Positions 12,983 through 25,800 are shown, numbered from the stretch's first letter. The stretch: 64,000 bases of DNA from Octopus sinensis (GCF_006345805.1 NC_042998.1:140182001-140246000); one strand, 5' to 3'. Notes: a model not told the origin generated them from the letters alone. A program made the numbers and translations.

Positions 12983-13154
12983 TCCTGCACCATTCTTCTC
13001 CTTCTTCTTCTACGAACTAGCCTTCACCATTTTCATTTCTTTCCCCCGGATCCTGTAGCTCAGTGCTTCTCGAACTTATTCTAATTAGTGTCCTACACTT
13101 TTCAATGCCCCTTCATCAACATTTAGTAAAGTAAAAATGTCACATATGCATATA

Positions 13155-14000
13155 CGAGAGGGTGCCCAAAAGTAACCGGAAACGTTCTCTGTGGGACACG
13201 TCCGTTGCAGTTCAGGCTTCCGCCTCTAGAAGCCACTTGATGTGACCCTCAGGCATTCGCCTGCCGACCAGCGTTGTTCATTGAGATCATACTTCCACGT
13301 GGTGCGTCTTTATTTTGCAGTGCCTCTACCCTGTTCGTCGATTTTTGCTATGGCTGAAACGAAAGAGTAGCGTCTTCAATGAAATTCAGTTTTCTGCTGG
13401 CGAAAACGGCTGCCGAAACAGTTGTCATGCATCAAACAGCTTACAAGGACGGTGCCATGAGCAAAACACAAGTTTACGAGTGATTTTCGCGCTTTAGGAA
13501 TGGTCACTTGTCGCTTGAAGACCAACCTCGTTTAGGGCGGCTGTCGACCTCCCGAACGAATGAAAACATGAAAATTCATGAACTGATCGTGGAGGAGCAT
13601 CACCGAACAATTTACGAACTTGTTGGTATGACTGGAGTGTCCCGGAGCTCCTGCCAATGAATTTTGAGTGAGGAATTGTGAATGAAAAGAATTACTGCAA
13701 AATTTGTTCCTCACTTGCTCAAGGAGATCAAAAGCAGTGATGACTGAATACGTGTCATGAACTGAAAGAACAGTTGGAAGTTGATCCGGACCATTTTCGG
13801 AGGTCATGACTGGTGGTGATAGGGAATTTGAATATGTAGAAGATATGAAGAAAAAAAAACGCCAGAAGCGTTAAATGGCATCACTTCGCAAGAATTCTAG
13901 CACTGCTTCGAACAGTGGAAAACGAGTCTGTACCGATGCATTACTTCAAATGGAGAATACTTTTAAGGTGATAAAAGTGCAAACATGTAAAGCTAAGTAA
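13155..14000 (+). mobile_element. mariner relic, internally deleted
   Basis: TA|CGAGAGGGTGCCCAAAAGTAACCGG TIR. Translated pieces AYKDGAMSKTQVYE*FSRFRNGHLSLEDQPR and MKRITAKFVPHLL. The C-terminal tail follows directly, so the DDD core is missing. Confidence 0.8.
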
Positions 14001-14147
14001 ATAAAATAACATTGCAATATTCGCTATTTAAGAATATTTTATTGCTTATGAAAAGCTCAAAATGTTTAAATAAGTAAATAAGTGATGATCAGTAGGAGAG
14101 ATATCAGGGGAATAGGGAAGGTGTTGCAAAATCTCATAATTTAGGCT

Positions 14148-14480
14148 TTACAACTTTTGGACCGTAGCTTGATGAGTGTGAGGACGTGCATTGTCGTGGA
14201 GCAAAATTGAGTCATCTCGATTCACTAGTCTGGGTTGCTTCTTTTTCAAATTCTCATGCATACAATCAATTTCCTGGCAATACGATGTTGCTGTTACCGT
14301 TTTCCCTTGTTGCAAAAATGAATGATGAATAACTCCCTTCGCAGACCACCATACAGTGACCACTAACCTTTTAGAGTGCAACGGTGGGTTTGGGTAGTGT
14401 TAAAGTGACTCTCCTGCATCTAATCACTGTCCTGTTCTCCTGTTTTGTAGCATATTAGGTCACTATAATTCATTCAACGA
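14148..14480 (-). pseudogene. mariner (Mos1/Hsmar1-like) transposase catalytic fragment
   Basis: VTVWWSAKGVIHHSFL...ILLHDNARPH. Confidence 0.85.
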
Positions 14481-15249
14481 AAGGAGAAAAAAATTTGCAA
14501 TGATTCCGAGATGGGAGTGGGAGTGGGGCCCGTTTTCCCACCCACCCTTCTTTTTCCGAACAAAAGGGGTTTTTCACATTAGGAGGTCAGGGTACTTGAT
14601 TCCACGCAAAAAATCCGAGTGTTTTTTTTTTTCTTGGTGAATATCGTGCGGATGAAAATACCAAAATTTACCGAGTGCCCATATAAAATTTTCCACCACC
14701 CGAAGGGGAGGAAGTGGTACCACCCAATGTCAGAAGCTCTCCTCTAACTGCTTCTGCCTTCCCTATTCCCCGCCTCTTCACTTTGAAAAAAATTGTAATA
14801 CATACCCCAGGGATTTAAATGCTTTCTGTACGCTGCAACAGTTCCTTCATCTCTAAGAGCACTCTCATAACCGTTTCCGAAGCTTAATTACATCGAATGC
14901 ACTCCCACCAACTCCGTATATTAACAACAGTAAGCTTTGAAGATCCTTATATGCGTCAAACTGGATGTCGTCCAGGTGTCTACTTTCACCAGTACTTTCG
15001 TGAAGTTTGTAACAATGCCCAAGCAATCTGCAAGTCCATAACTAAGTATTTCAATTCAGCAGGTCGCTAGTTCAATTCATTCTCAGTTTATAGCATTGCA
15101 CTAACAATCCGGTGTAGCCTTCATTCCTGAAGATAAAGACGAAAAACAAAAATACTCATCGTTAGCATAGGATGGTCGTCATTAAACAGTGTGTCGCAAA
15201 GGAATATTTAGATTCACCATGGATTTTAAATATATTATTAAACGCTTTG

Positions 15250-15420
15250 TGAAGGTGTGTGGCCTAGTAGTTAGGGTGTTCGGTTTATGATCATAAGGTC
15301 GCGGGTTCAGTTCCCAGACTGGATGATGCATTGTGATTTTGACCAAATCCCTTAATTTTACATTGCTCCTCTCTACTCAACTGAAAGTGAATATCAGCAG
15401 GCTGCTGGTGCAGCTTTCTC
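15250..15420 (+). mobile_element. tRNA-derived SINE type C (CORE-like), diverged
   Basis: TGGCCTAGTAGTTAG A box and GGTTCAGTTCCC B box. Related to the copy at 56620-56745. Confidence 0.55.
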
Positions 15421-15829
15421 TCCCTCCAGCTGCTACATCCTGAATGTTCCGTTAGGTCATTAGCGAGAGAACCGTGAGAATGCCTTGATTTGTTCGCGAC
15501 CACACAGACACCTAAATCAATTAGAAAAATCATGGTACATGTTACCAAGCCATTCTCGCCCGCGAGTGACAGCTGATTGCACTAAGGTCTTAGAAAATCC
15601 AGTTTAATCATTGGACATCGTGAAAAGGGCTTTTCATATTTTTTCCTTTTTACACAAGTATTATTTCCAACGCCATGTCATGCCACAGAGCATTAACTCC
15701 TCGATAGGAATGTTGTCGATATGTCTAAATGAAATACAGTTTGTCTTGGGCATTTTAGACAAGGTAGAGCCCATTTGATCCCCCAAACAGGGGAGAAAGA
15801 AACAGAGAGGAAGTAAAGGGTTAGAGAAG

Positions 15830-16190
15830 AACCATATTTATCGACTCTGAGAGGATGAAAAGCAAAGTCGGCTTCGGCGGGATTGGAACTCAGAACATAA
15901 AGAGAATGAATGACTCACCACAAAGCAATCTATCCTACGCTCTAAGGACTCTACCAATTGACCGCCTAATGAATTGATTTCAAATTTTGGCACAAAGTCA
16001 GCAATTTCGGGGGAGGGGGAAGTCGATAACATCGATCCCTAGTATTCAACTGCTAGTTATTTTATCGACCTCGAAAGGATAAAAGGTAAAGTCGATCTCG
16101 GCGGAATTTGAACCCAGGCGGACGAAATATCGCTAAGCATTTTGCCCAGCATGCTAATGATTCTGTCTGCTTCCCGCCTTTGGCCGCCTA
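15830..16190 (-). mobile_element. Two adjacent SINE type A copies
   Basis: TTTATCGAC..GAAAGGAT(G/A)AAAGG(C/T)AAAGTCG..CGGCGGAATTTGAAC reverse-strand signature occurs twice. Confidence 0.7.
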
Positions 16191-18099
16191 ACAAATTAAG
16201 GTATGCAATACACTTTTACTCTTTTACATCCTTCAGGCATTGCACTGCGATCATGCTGGAGCACCGCCTTGTAAGGACATAAATTAACATCTTCTACTGA
16301 GATGCTAATTTATGGGAACGTAAATAAACTAACAACGTTGTTAAGCTGTGGAGGTGCAAATTCAAAGATACACACACGCACGCGAACGCACACACTATAT
16401 ACATATATATATATATGTATGTATGTATATAATGTGTGTGTATATATATGTGTGTGTGTGCGCGCGTATATATGTATATATATATTTGATTAAAGGGGAT
16501 CCTTGAAGAATCTAGGCACATCAAAGTGAAGCACGCCACAATTAATAGCAAAAGAGAATGGCTTAAATCAGACAATTAAGCAAGCCATTACCATAGCACG
16601 CAATTCATTGATGAAGGGAAGTACACCATTGTTTGGTAATCCGTAACTTCAATAGTATCCAAAGATGAATGGAATTTTAAGTGTGGCGTAAAAACAATAA
16701 AAACTCACGAATGTATTATCTAGTACTGATACACCTGTTTTATTTCAGAATATCTATTGTGACATAAGCATGGTACTGTGAGGTATGTAGTATGCACAAC
16801 ATTTATAAGATTACGTAATATGTTACGCAACTCTTACTCATCAGGCTCATCAAATAAACAAGCGAGCAGTGACATGCTGATGATACAACACGTCATCAAT
16901 AAGTGAAAATTTGACTTCGAATTATCAACATTCAAGAAATGTAAACTGGGTGGGATTACAATCAAGCAATCACGAGGGTGGACAGTAGAAAGAGGTTGTA
17001 AACTATTGAATAGTTAAACGATAGATCTATTCAAAAGATGTCATTACACTTTGCGACATCGATCATAAAAGCTGATACTGAGAAAACAGACTTATACAGT
17101 AGCATATAGCTGGCACCGAGCAGGACATTTGACCCTATCAAAATATTAAGACAGTTGCCGACATTGTTGCCAAAAGACAAACAAAAAAAATATAATAATA
17201 CCATTTGCTGTGTTATATTGTTTAAAACATCAAAGGAGTGATATGGTTAATTAATTTAAACATTATTTATTCATTAACTTAATACCGATTTATTAAAGTG
17301 CTTCGATTAATTATTGTAGATCTAATAGAAAGTTGGCTTCAGAGAATAGTGAAGGTCTCTGCTACATTTTGGAAGCGAAAGAAGAGGAAAAAGAAGGAGA
17401 GTAAAGAAAAAGGAAATGAAAATAATTAATATATAAAGATAGCTCTAATCACAGTTCCAGAAATCATAACCTATGAATACGTAAGTAAAAACAGTATAGG
17501 ATTAATCTAATAGAGAAAGTGGACAGCACTGCATGGTGTTGGCATAAACAAACAGATAAATGTGCACACTAAACTAATGAAAGTAGTTTAGGCAATAATC
17601 ACTATCAGCCTAAAGGATATAGATTTATGCTAGTTAAATATAAAAATTTAGAGAGATCAGTTATATAGACGTCACGAACTTACAAGTCAAAAGGCTAGAA
17701 TTAATAGAGAAGGAAAAACAGAATTGCTATTCCATCCATCACCCCCCCCCCCCAAAAAAAAACGAAAACCGAGAATACCAACGTTTCTTTTAACCAATAT
17801 GGTCACATTGTTATTGAAAACACATCAAATCAATTAAAATCAGATAGGTTAAGTATATATATATATTAGATCATTACTATAATAATTTAAAATTATAGGG
17901 AATAGTAAGAAAATGTTAAAAGAAGTTATAAAAATTATAAAGAATTGTAAAGACCATAAATGTTAGAATACCTAAATATAATCCATGAATCTTCTTAGTA
18001 ATTAGGTTCTATATTGTAGGATTATAGATACATATCTAGCACTCGAGGGAGACGTTATTGAATCGATTTAAAGTTTAAGAAAGTTCTTCGAATAGAATG

Positions 18100-18470
18100 C
18101 GGGCATTTGATCCTTAGTTCATCTGAGCTATTAGAAACTTCACTCGTGCATCTTATTTCCAACAATTCAAACAGTAGAGATTGCAACCATATTTATCGCT
18201 AACAAACAGCTTAATGTGTCTAGCGATGTCCCACATTAGATGAAAATCAATCTTTGTGTCTTTTATAACTCAGACCTTCGCAGAGAGCGATGTTGTTTTC
18301 ACTTCATTTCTCTTTCTAAATGCATGGAGAACGATTGTTATCTTGATTTAAAATTAGAAGTGGAACCTATGTAAGTGAAAGTATGTAGATTAGTTTTAAC
18401 ATTACATTTATATACAATGTTTTTGGCCGGGCATTTATTTCTAGCAGGCATTCAAATTTCTTCTTACAAT
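18100..18470 (-). pseudogene. Penelope-like GIY-YIG endonuclease fragment
   Basis: Manual translation ECLL(fs)NKCPAKNIVYKCNVKTNLHTFTYIGSTSNFKSR fits the CPL..KC..IVY..YIG.T..FK.R pattern. Confidence 0.65.
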
Positions 18471-18751
18471 GACATAATCTAGTTAACGTTTTGATGGGAA
18501 AATTGTGGGCTACAATTATTCAGTACACAGCGACAATCAGTAGAACTGATATGTGCGTTAACCACTCCAAGAACACTTACATTGACATAACTCGTACTGC
18601 TGTTAGTATAAACATCAATCTGTCACCCATGTGTTCCAAAATAATTACACTTATTATCGTTATTACTACTAATCAAGTTGTTAATGCTATAACTATCACT
18701 ATCACTATACATACCAGTACATTTCTTCTTCTTCTTCTTCTTCTTCTTCTT

Positions 18752-18782
<31 letters not shown>

Positions 18783-18810
18783 TTATTATTATTATTATTA
18801 TTATTATAAC

Positions 18811-19405
18811 TGAGTGAGAGAGCAGTGCATGCCATCAGAGTGACACTGATAAGGGTACACCACGTACATGCATCACAACCTTATGTGTGCGACATAGTGA
18901 TCTTATATCAAGATAAACACCTTGAAGGTGGGGGCCCAGTTAAACTTTTCTTCAGGTCGAGTAAGCCCATCCCGCTCAAAAGGTCCCTGAATAAGGGTTG
19001 TTTAAGGATGTTGAACAAAAGATCCATGTTTCCAAAGTTGAATTATCCAAACCCCAAAGAATTCCTCCCGACACATGGCAATGATGCTCCCCCACTACTT
19101 CTGCTCGTGATCAGAGGCGCATATATCGTCAGCCACTAAGGGACGTGCTCAAATAGTTAAGGTCAAGCATATCTGTGGTATTGAGCAGAATATTTGCTGT
19201 AGCCTATCTTTTATACCAAGACAAAACAATGTACATGATAACACTTCCAATCAGTTAAGATCAGAACCCATGAGAGCCACTGCCTGGTACTGCATCATAC
19301 TGAGCAGAATATTTGCTGTAACCCATCTTTTATACCAAGACAAAACAATGTATATGATAACACTTCCTATCAGTTAAGATCAGAAGCCATGAGAGTCACT
19401 GCCTG
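18811..19405 (-). mobile_element. (ATT)n-anchored 555-bp family, copy 1 (internal deletion, about 105-bp tandem duplication at one end)
   Basis: Aligns to 22221-22775 and starts immediately after (CTT)n(ATT)n. Confidence 0.85.
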
Positions 19406-19788
19406 ATAATTTTAAAAGGCTGGCGGTAACTCCTCACAAAGGTAAATAGACTATAGGAAGAGCGTGATGCGATTGCCATATATATTTTATTGGTTTGAAC
19501 GATATTTCGACAGCTTGCCTGTTTTTGTCGAGTTCAAAATGAAAAGTGATACATAAAATTATAGAAATTCAAATTCAAAAGTTTCAACGTGATCCTGCGT
19601 TCCCATCTTGATGAAATGACATCATCAGTTTTCAATTTTCAATTTTCAATTTTACAACTGGTAAAAAGAAAAGGAAAAAGCAGAATATTTAATCAAGCAG
19701 TTTTGTGTAAATATGATGAAATTCCCCTGTCATTTTTTTTCATTCCTTCAGGGCGTGATGTTAATAACTCACAAACATATTTCTCCTC

Positions 19789-20229
19789 ATGCATTTTGTG
19801 AGATTATTCTTTCATCACACCAGGAATAGCAATTTTGTTTTGTCGACCAATTTTTTCGGAGTTATCTATGTTTATGACAGTTTGAACTTACCAGTACCGC
19901 AGGAAATAATGGCACAAATAACAATGATGTATTCATCACAAACAAGCATAATTCTTACAGTTCAACAAGTTCATATTACTAGTTCCCAAATTGGCGCATA
20001 TGATTGTGGTATTTTTGCTTTGTCGTACGTAATTGAACTGGTCATTGGAAACTCTCCAGAGAAGTTTTTATTCGATCAATCAAACATGCGAGCAGATTTA
20101 AGATTTTGTCTCGAAAACTATAAATTTGTGCCTTTCCCGAAAGTAAAGGTTTTTCAAATGCCAACAAAATCACAGAAGTCACTCACTTTCTATCACCTAC
20201 CCAGAAATGAATTACTCCTAGAAAGATGA
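19789..20229 (+). pseudogene. Ulp1/C48 (SUMO-protease-like) cysteine peptidase domain
   Basis: IYVYDSL, SSQIGAYDCGIFALSY and P..F.FDQ..MR..L..CLE...F.PFP. The expected HW position reads NF (catalytic His apparently lost). Confidence 0.8.
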
Positions 20230-21898
20230 CTAAAAGTTATGACTTCTCACATGAACATTCAAAACAATTTTTATCACTTAATAGGTTCCATGTTTTATGT
20301 AAAGAATTTGAGCAAAACCCAAAAGGTAGTCAGGAATCTAATGAAAGTAAGACTTTGAAAAACATTTGCCCAAGAAAATTCATCATACTAGAGAATAAGT
20401 CGGTCATAAATTTATCTAAACTAAAACTTTCACCGGAAGATATCTCTGTCTTCCGGTGGACTGAGTTTCTGCCTAAACACTAAGAATTTCGAGAAAAATA
20501 AAGTAGCTCAAGGACTTTTTCAGTTTGACCGCCGTCATAAGCTGAAAGAATATTTTTTCGAAAAAATGATAACGAGAAGTCAAGAAACTCTATGGTAACT
20601 GAAAATAGAAATAATGATGATCGAATCTGGCATAATTGGATTGAGAAGAATCCCAGTTGGTATCCAGATAAAGTTCGGAATGGATGTTCACAAGTACTAT
20701 TGGAATTTCTTGAATTTTGTCAGACAGGCATTAGGGACAGCCTTAAAACAAGTGGAAAGAGTCCAAGAATAACCTCATAAATTCCCAGCGTTACGCATTC
20801 CATCGTCTAGCTAATAATGATTCTATTGTTATTAATATGGCGGAACTATTGTAATTATTTTCAAAAGTGAGTATATTTCAGCTTGTGAAGAAGGTTTAAG
20901 TGACTAAACTTCATATGAAAAATTACCTTTACGTCTAATCTTTCAAAATCTAGAGTTGAATTTTGGAACACTAAAGTTAGGTTTTCTGGGAGCAGAATAG
21001 TGACAGGGTTATTTTTCAAGCCTACCTCATCCCATTTTTACCTCCACCGCCGCTCCAATCATTCACATCATATAATTCGGTCAAATCCGAAATCCCAATT
21101 TTGGGGAATAAAACGGATTTGTTCTGATTACTGAAAACATATATACCAGCATATTGCGGAATAATATGCTCGTTTCAAACAAATATTCCCTCAGACGCCT
21201 ATTGTAGCCTTTAGATGAAATAAAAATATAAGAGAACTATTAAACTCTATTTCTGACTGCTTGGAGTTTATACCTTGAAAAACAGCCGCAAGAGGGGTAA
21301 GCCCTACTCGTTGTGCAACATGAGTCAACTCAATTCCATCAGGAATCATAACACTATACGGAAAATGGGACGTGTAGAGATTCCCATTTGGTGTACGCAG
21401 CAGAATGCACCAAACACAATTTGAGTTATGTTGGTTGTACAACAGGATAATTAAACAAAAGATTCAATGGGCACAGATATGACGTCAGGTACAATAACAG
21501 TAGTTCGACAGAACTTGCCGAACATTTTACATCAAACGGCTGCAGTTTTGTAAAAGACTTGAAAGTGCATATTCTTGGAAAATATTCCGAATTTGCTATA
21601 CTTTCAGTCATCAAAATGCACGAGGAGAAATATATTTGTGAATTATTAACATCACACCCTGAAGGAATGAACAAAATGACAGGGGAATTTCATCATACTC
21701 ACACAAAACTGTTTGATTAAATATTTTTTTTCTCATTTCTTTTTTCTCTTTTTCTTTCTTTCTTTTTCATTTTGCCAGTTGTAAAATTGAAAATTGAAAA
21801 CTGATGATGTCATTCCGTCAAAGTGGGAACGCAGGATCTCGTTCAAACTTTTGAATTTGAATTTCTATAATTTTGAATTTCTATGTATCACTTTTCAT

Positions 21899-21943
21899 TT
21901 TGAACTTGACAAAGACAAGCAAGCTGTCGAAATATTGTTCAAA
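21899..21943 (+). ncRNA. Minimal hammerhead motif in the PLE terminal repeat (U3:A8 variant)
   Basis: TTTGAAC TTGACAA A GACA-AGCAAGC-TGTC GAAA TA TT GTTCAAA. Mirrored, more decayed copy on the minus strand at 19494-19537. Confidence 0.6.
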
Positions 21944-22117
21944 CCAATAAAATATCTACTGCAATCGCATCACGCTCTTTGTATTGTCTATTACATTATT
22001 ATCATCATTAAATTAAGTACCAGTTGAGTACTGGGGTCAATTTAATCGACTGTCCCTCTCCCCAAATTTCAGGCCTTGTGCCTCTTGTAGAAAGGATCAT
22101 CATCATCATCGTCGTCG

Positions 22118-22167
<50 letters not shown>

Positions 22168-22220
22168 GTCATCATCGTCATTATTATTATTATTATTATT
22201 ATTATGATTATTATTATTAT

Positions 22221-22775
22221 TGAGTGAGCGAGCAGAGCATGCCATCAAAGTGACACTGGGGTAAAATATACGAAGCCCAGTATACCCATCATGACTACCC
22301 GTCTGATAAGGATACACCAGGCACATGCATCACAACCATATGTGCGTGACATGGTGATCTCATATCAAGATAAACAGCACATGACCTTGCAGGTGGAGCC
22401 CAGTTAGAATTTTCTTCAGATCGAGTAGCCCATCCCGCTCAAAAGGTCCCTGAATAAGGGTTGTTTAAGGACGTTGAACGAAACACCTATGTTTCCTGAG
22501 GTGAATTATTCAAACCCCAAAGAATCCTTCTCAACACATGGCTATGATGCTCCCCCACTACTTCTGCTCGTGATCAGAGATGCACTTATCGTCAGCCACT
22601 AAGGGGCATGCTCAACTGGTTAAGGTCAAACAACTGACAAGCAAATCTGTGGTATTGAGCAGAATATTTGCTGTAGCCCATCTTTTATACCAAGACAAAA
22701 CAATGTACATGATAACACTTCGAATCAGTTAAGATCAGAAGCCATGAGAGCCACTGCCTGGTACTGCATCAGGGC
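22221..22775 (-). mobile_element. (ATT)n-anchored 555-bp family, copy 2 (apparently full length)
   Basis: Flanked on both sides by (ATT)n/(ATC)n. No ORF, no TIR, no A/B boxes seen. Strand inferred from the truncation polarity of copy 3. Confidence 0.85.
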
Positions 22776-22798
22776 TATTATTATTATTATTATTATTA

Positions 22799-22865
<67 letters not shown>

Positions 22866-22868
<3 letters not shown>

Positions 22869-25800
22869 TTTTTTTTCTTCTTTCAAATTTTCTTCCATTT
22901 CTTGCAGAGTGTCTTCCCGACTCCTACGGCAAAGAAACTCATAGTGTATATTGGTAGGCCATTAAACCAAACTCAGTAGTTCGTTCATTTTTTTTCTTTA
23001 TTTTTTTTTTAAAGTTAAATTAAAATACATGAGCAGCAACAGTTCTCACATCGACAATGCTCTTCTCAATACGTGTGATGTACCAGTTAAGACAATCTTT
23101 TGCACTTCTTGCAGGGATGGTAAGCCAGGGATTATTCTCATATAATTTTCGGTTCCCTTCTTGATCATTCCTAGTGCTCCTACGATCACTGGTATTGTAA
23201 CCGCCTTGAGATGCCACATTTTCTCAATTTCAATGAGTAGGTCTTTATATTTTCTGAGCTTGTCAAACTCTTTCGCTGAGATATTATGATCACAGGGGAT
23301 GCTCATGTCGATCAATAAGCAAACTTTATTGTTTTGGTCTTTCACAACAATATCTGGTTTATTGGCCTTGATGGTTCGGTCTGTATGTACTGGAAAGTCC
23401 CACAGAATGGTTACATTTTCTCCTTCAGTTACAGCCTCAGGGTGGTGATTATACCACTTGTCGGCAGTTTTGATATTGTAATGCCGACTTATTAGCCAGT
23501 GGAGATATTGGCCAACTCTGTCATGTCTTAATTTATACTCCACTGGTGCTAAGATTTTACATCCAGAGATTAGGTGGTCCACTGTTTCAATCATGTCGTT
23601 GCAGAATCGGTATTTTGGGTCTGCTCCATTTTTCATCACATTGGCCTGGTAGTTCCGGGTTAATAGGCTTTGGTCTTGAGCAGCCAGGATGAAACCTTCG
23701 CTCTCTGCTTTTAGCCCTGAGCTCCGCAGCCACTGATGGGTTTGCTTCTGGTCAACATCAGCTTGTTTGCTGCGGGTCACATATTTGCCGTGCAGAGGTT
23801 TCTCCTCCCACCTATCAGCCAATTGCTCGTGCGCTTTTTTCATTGCCATCATTTTCACCTTCTTTGCAACAATAGTTGCCGTACTTCCCTCGGGTTGTTC
23901 AGTTTGGGTATCCTGCACGAGATCAATAGCAAATTTTTTGCTTTCCTTGATGATAGAATGAAGCTTCTTTCGTCTCTCGTGATTTTCCACGAGCTTTAGC
24001 ATCCAGTCATTCGATATTTCGAGATATTTGGCCAGTCCAATTGTGGTTGTTTTGTAAGCTAGTTCAAATTGGATCAGGCCTCGACCTCCTTGGGCTCTGG
24101 GAAGGTAAAGGCGATCTACGTCTGCCTTTGGGTGGTGCATCCTATTACAACTCAGCAGCTTGCGTATTTTTCTATCTATATTCTTTACTACACTCATATT
24201 CCAGTTCAACACATTGTAGCTATAAGTAACAACTGGAACTGCTAAGGAATTTATAGCTAACACCTTGTTATGTGCATTTAGTTCAGATTTCAGGACTGCA
24301 CGAACTCTCCTATAACATTCCTTCCTGATTTTCTCTTTCATGCTTGCATGCTGAATACCAGAGCCTTCATTTATCCCTAAATATTTGTATGTTTGTTCTT
24401 GCTCAAGCTCTCTTATGACTGTGTCAACATCTAACACGACTGAATTTGTGGTCTTCACTTTCCCTTTCTGGAAAGTGGCCTTGGCACACTTCTCAAGTCC
24501 AAACTCCATCCCGATGTCATCGCTGAATGCTTTCACGGTGCGCAATAGGCCTTCAAGTTCATTATTGTCTTTACCATAAAGTTTTAAGTCATCCATATAA
24601 AATAGATGGCTTATTTTTTTATTGGCAATTTTATACCCATACCCTGTTCTGTTTAATTCACTTGTAAGAGGTATTAGGGCTATGCAGAATATTAAAGGTG
24701 AAAGTGAGTCACCTTGAAAAATTCCACAGTTGATGTTTATATTTTCTGAGGCAAGTACTCCATTAGAGTGGTATAATTGGAGATTCGTATTCCACAACGA
24801 CATATTGTGCTTCAGGAAGTTTGAAATCACAGGGGAAATTTTGAAGATGTCCAGCGATCTCAAGATCCATGGATGCGCTATACTGTCGAAGGCCTTTTTA
24901 TAGTCAATCCATGCGGTGCTGAGATTTCTGCGCTTGTTGTGACAGTTCTCAAGGATCATACGATTGATTAGCAGTTGATCTTTGCATCCGTAAGAGCCTC
25001 GGCGGCACCCTTTTTGTTCAATGGGGAAAATATCGTTCTTCTCCATGAATGCATATGTTTTCTCCGCCAGGATAGATGTTAGGATTTTATACGTGGTGGA
25101 TAGACAGGTTATAGGCCGATAGTTTTTTGGAAGGTTGGTTTCGTTATTCTTTGGGAGTAGGTAAGTAATGCCACTTGCTAACCATTCAGGTGTTTTCTTT
25201 GGGTCTCTCATAATTCCATTGAGCAGCTGAACTAGCTTACCGTGTGCGCACGGGAGCGATGCGAGCCAGAAATTCGGCACCCTATCTTTACCGGGGGATT
25301 TCCAATTATGGGCCTTCGTGAGTGCCTCTCTTAGGTCTGCTATTGTGATGTCTTCCCATGCTTGTTGTTGTAAATTTTGGTAGGATCCTTCAGTTTGTAT
25401 AATCCAGTCTGCATTTATGTTGTACGTCTTCTTGTCACTCCAAATCCTTTTCCAAAAGTTTTGAACTTCTTCCATGGGAGGGGGGTCTTTAACGGTTACT
25501 TTCTCCTTCCCTATTTCTCTGTAGAATTTTTTGGCATTGGATGTGAACAGCTTATTTTGCTTGTAAAACTTGTTTCTCTTCTCAAATCTTCGTATTCTTT
25601 GGGCTTTTGCTTGGACTTTTTGTTTCAGCGTTTCTTTTATTGATATCAGTTCTTCTCTTGGTGAGGATCCAAATTTTCTCTTCATCTTTCTTCCTGTTCT
25701 GGATCTTACATCATTTCCACATATTAGTTCATTTAATATTGATATTTCCCCTCTCATAAATTCAATCTCTTTTTCAATTTTACTTCTCCAGGTTTGATTT

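Larger units (their letters stand above)
19444..21992 (+). mobile_element. Neptune-like Penelope element, RT core deleted, with inverted terminal copies and an upstream C48 protease-like ORF
   Basis: About 360-bp inverted arms (19444-19798 / 21612-21992). SVINLSKLKLSPEDISV N-terminal motif (about 20400). NNDSIVI..KSEYI..LSD..YEKL (about 20810-20930) is joined directly to the thumb FKPTSSH.YLH..S.H..KRICS (about 21010-21130). GIY-YIG GTCRDSHLVYAAECTKHNLSYVGCTT..KRFNGHR (about 21365-21720). Confidence 0.85.

Noticed and set aside
14800-15050. Possible CR1/L2 LINE 3' end on the minus strand
   Set aside because: Too decayed to confirm a motif by manual translation.
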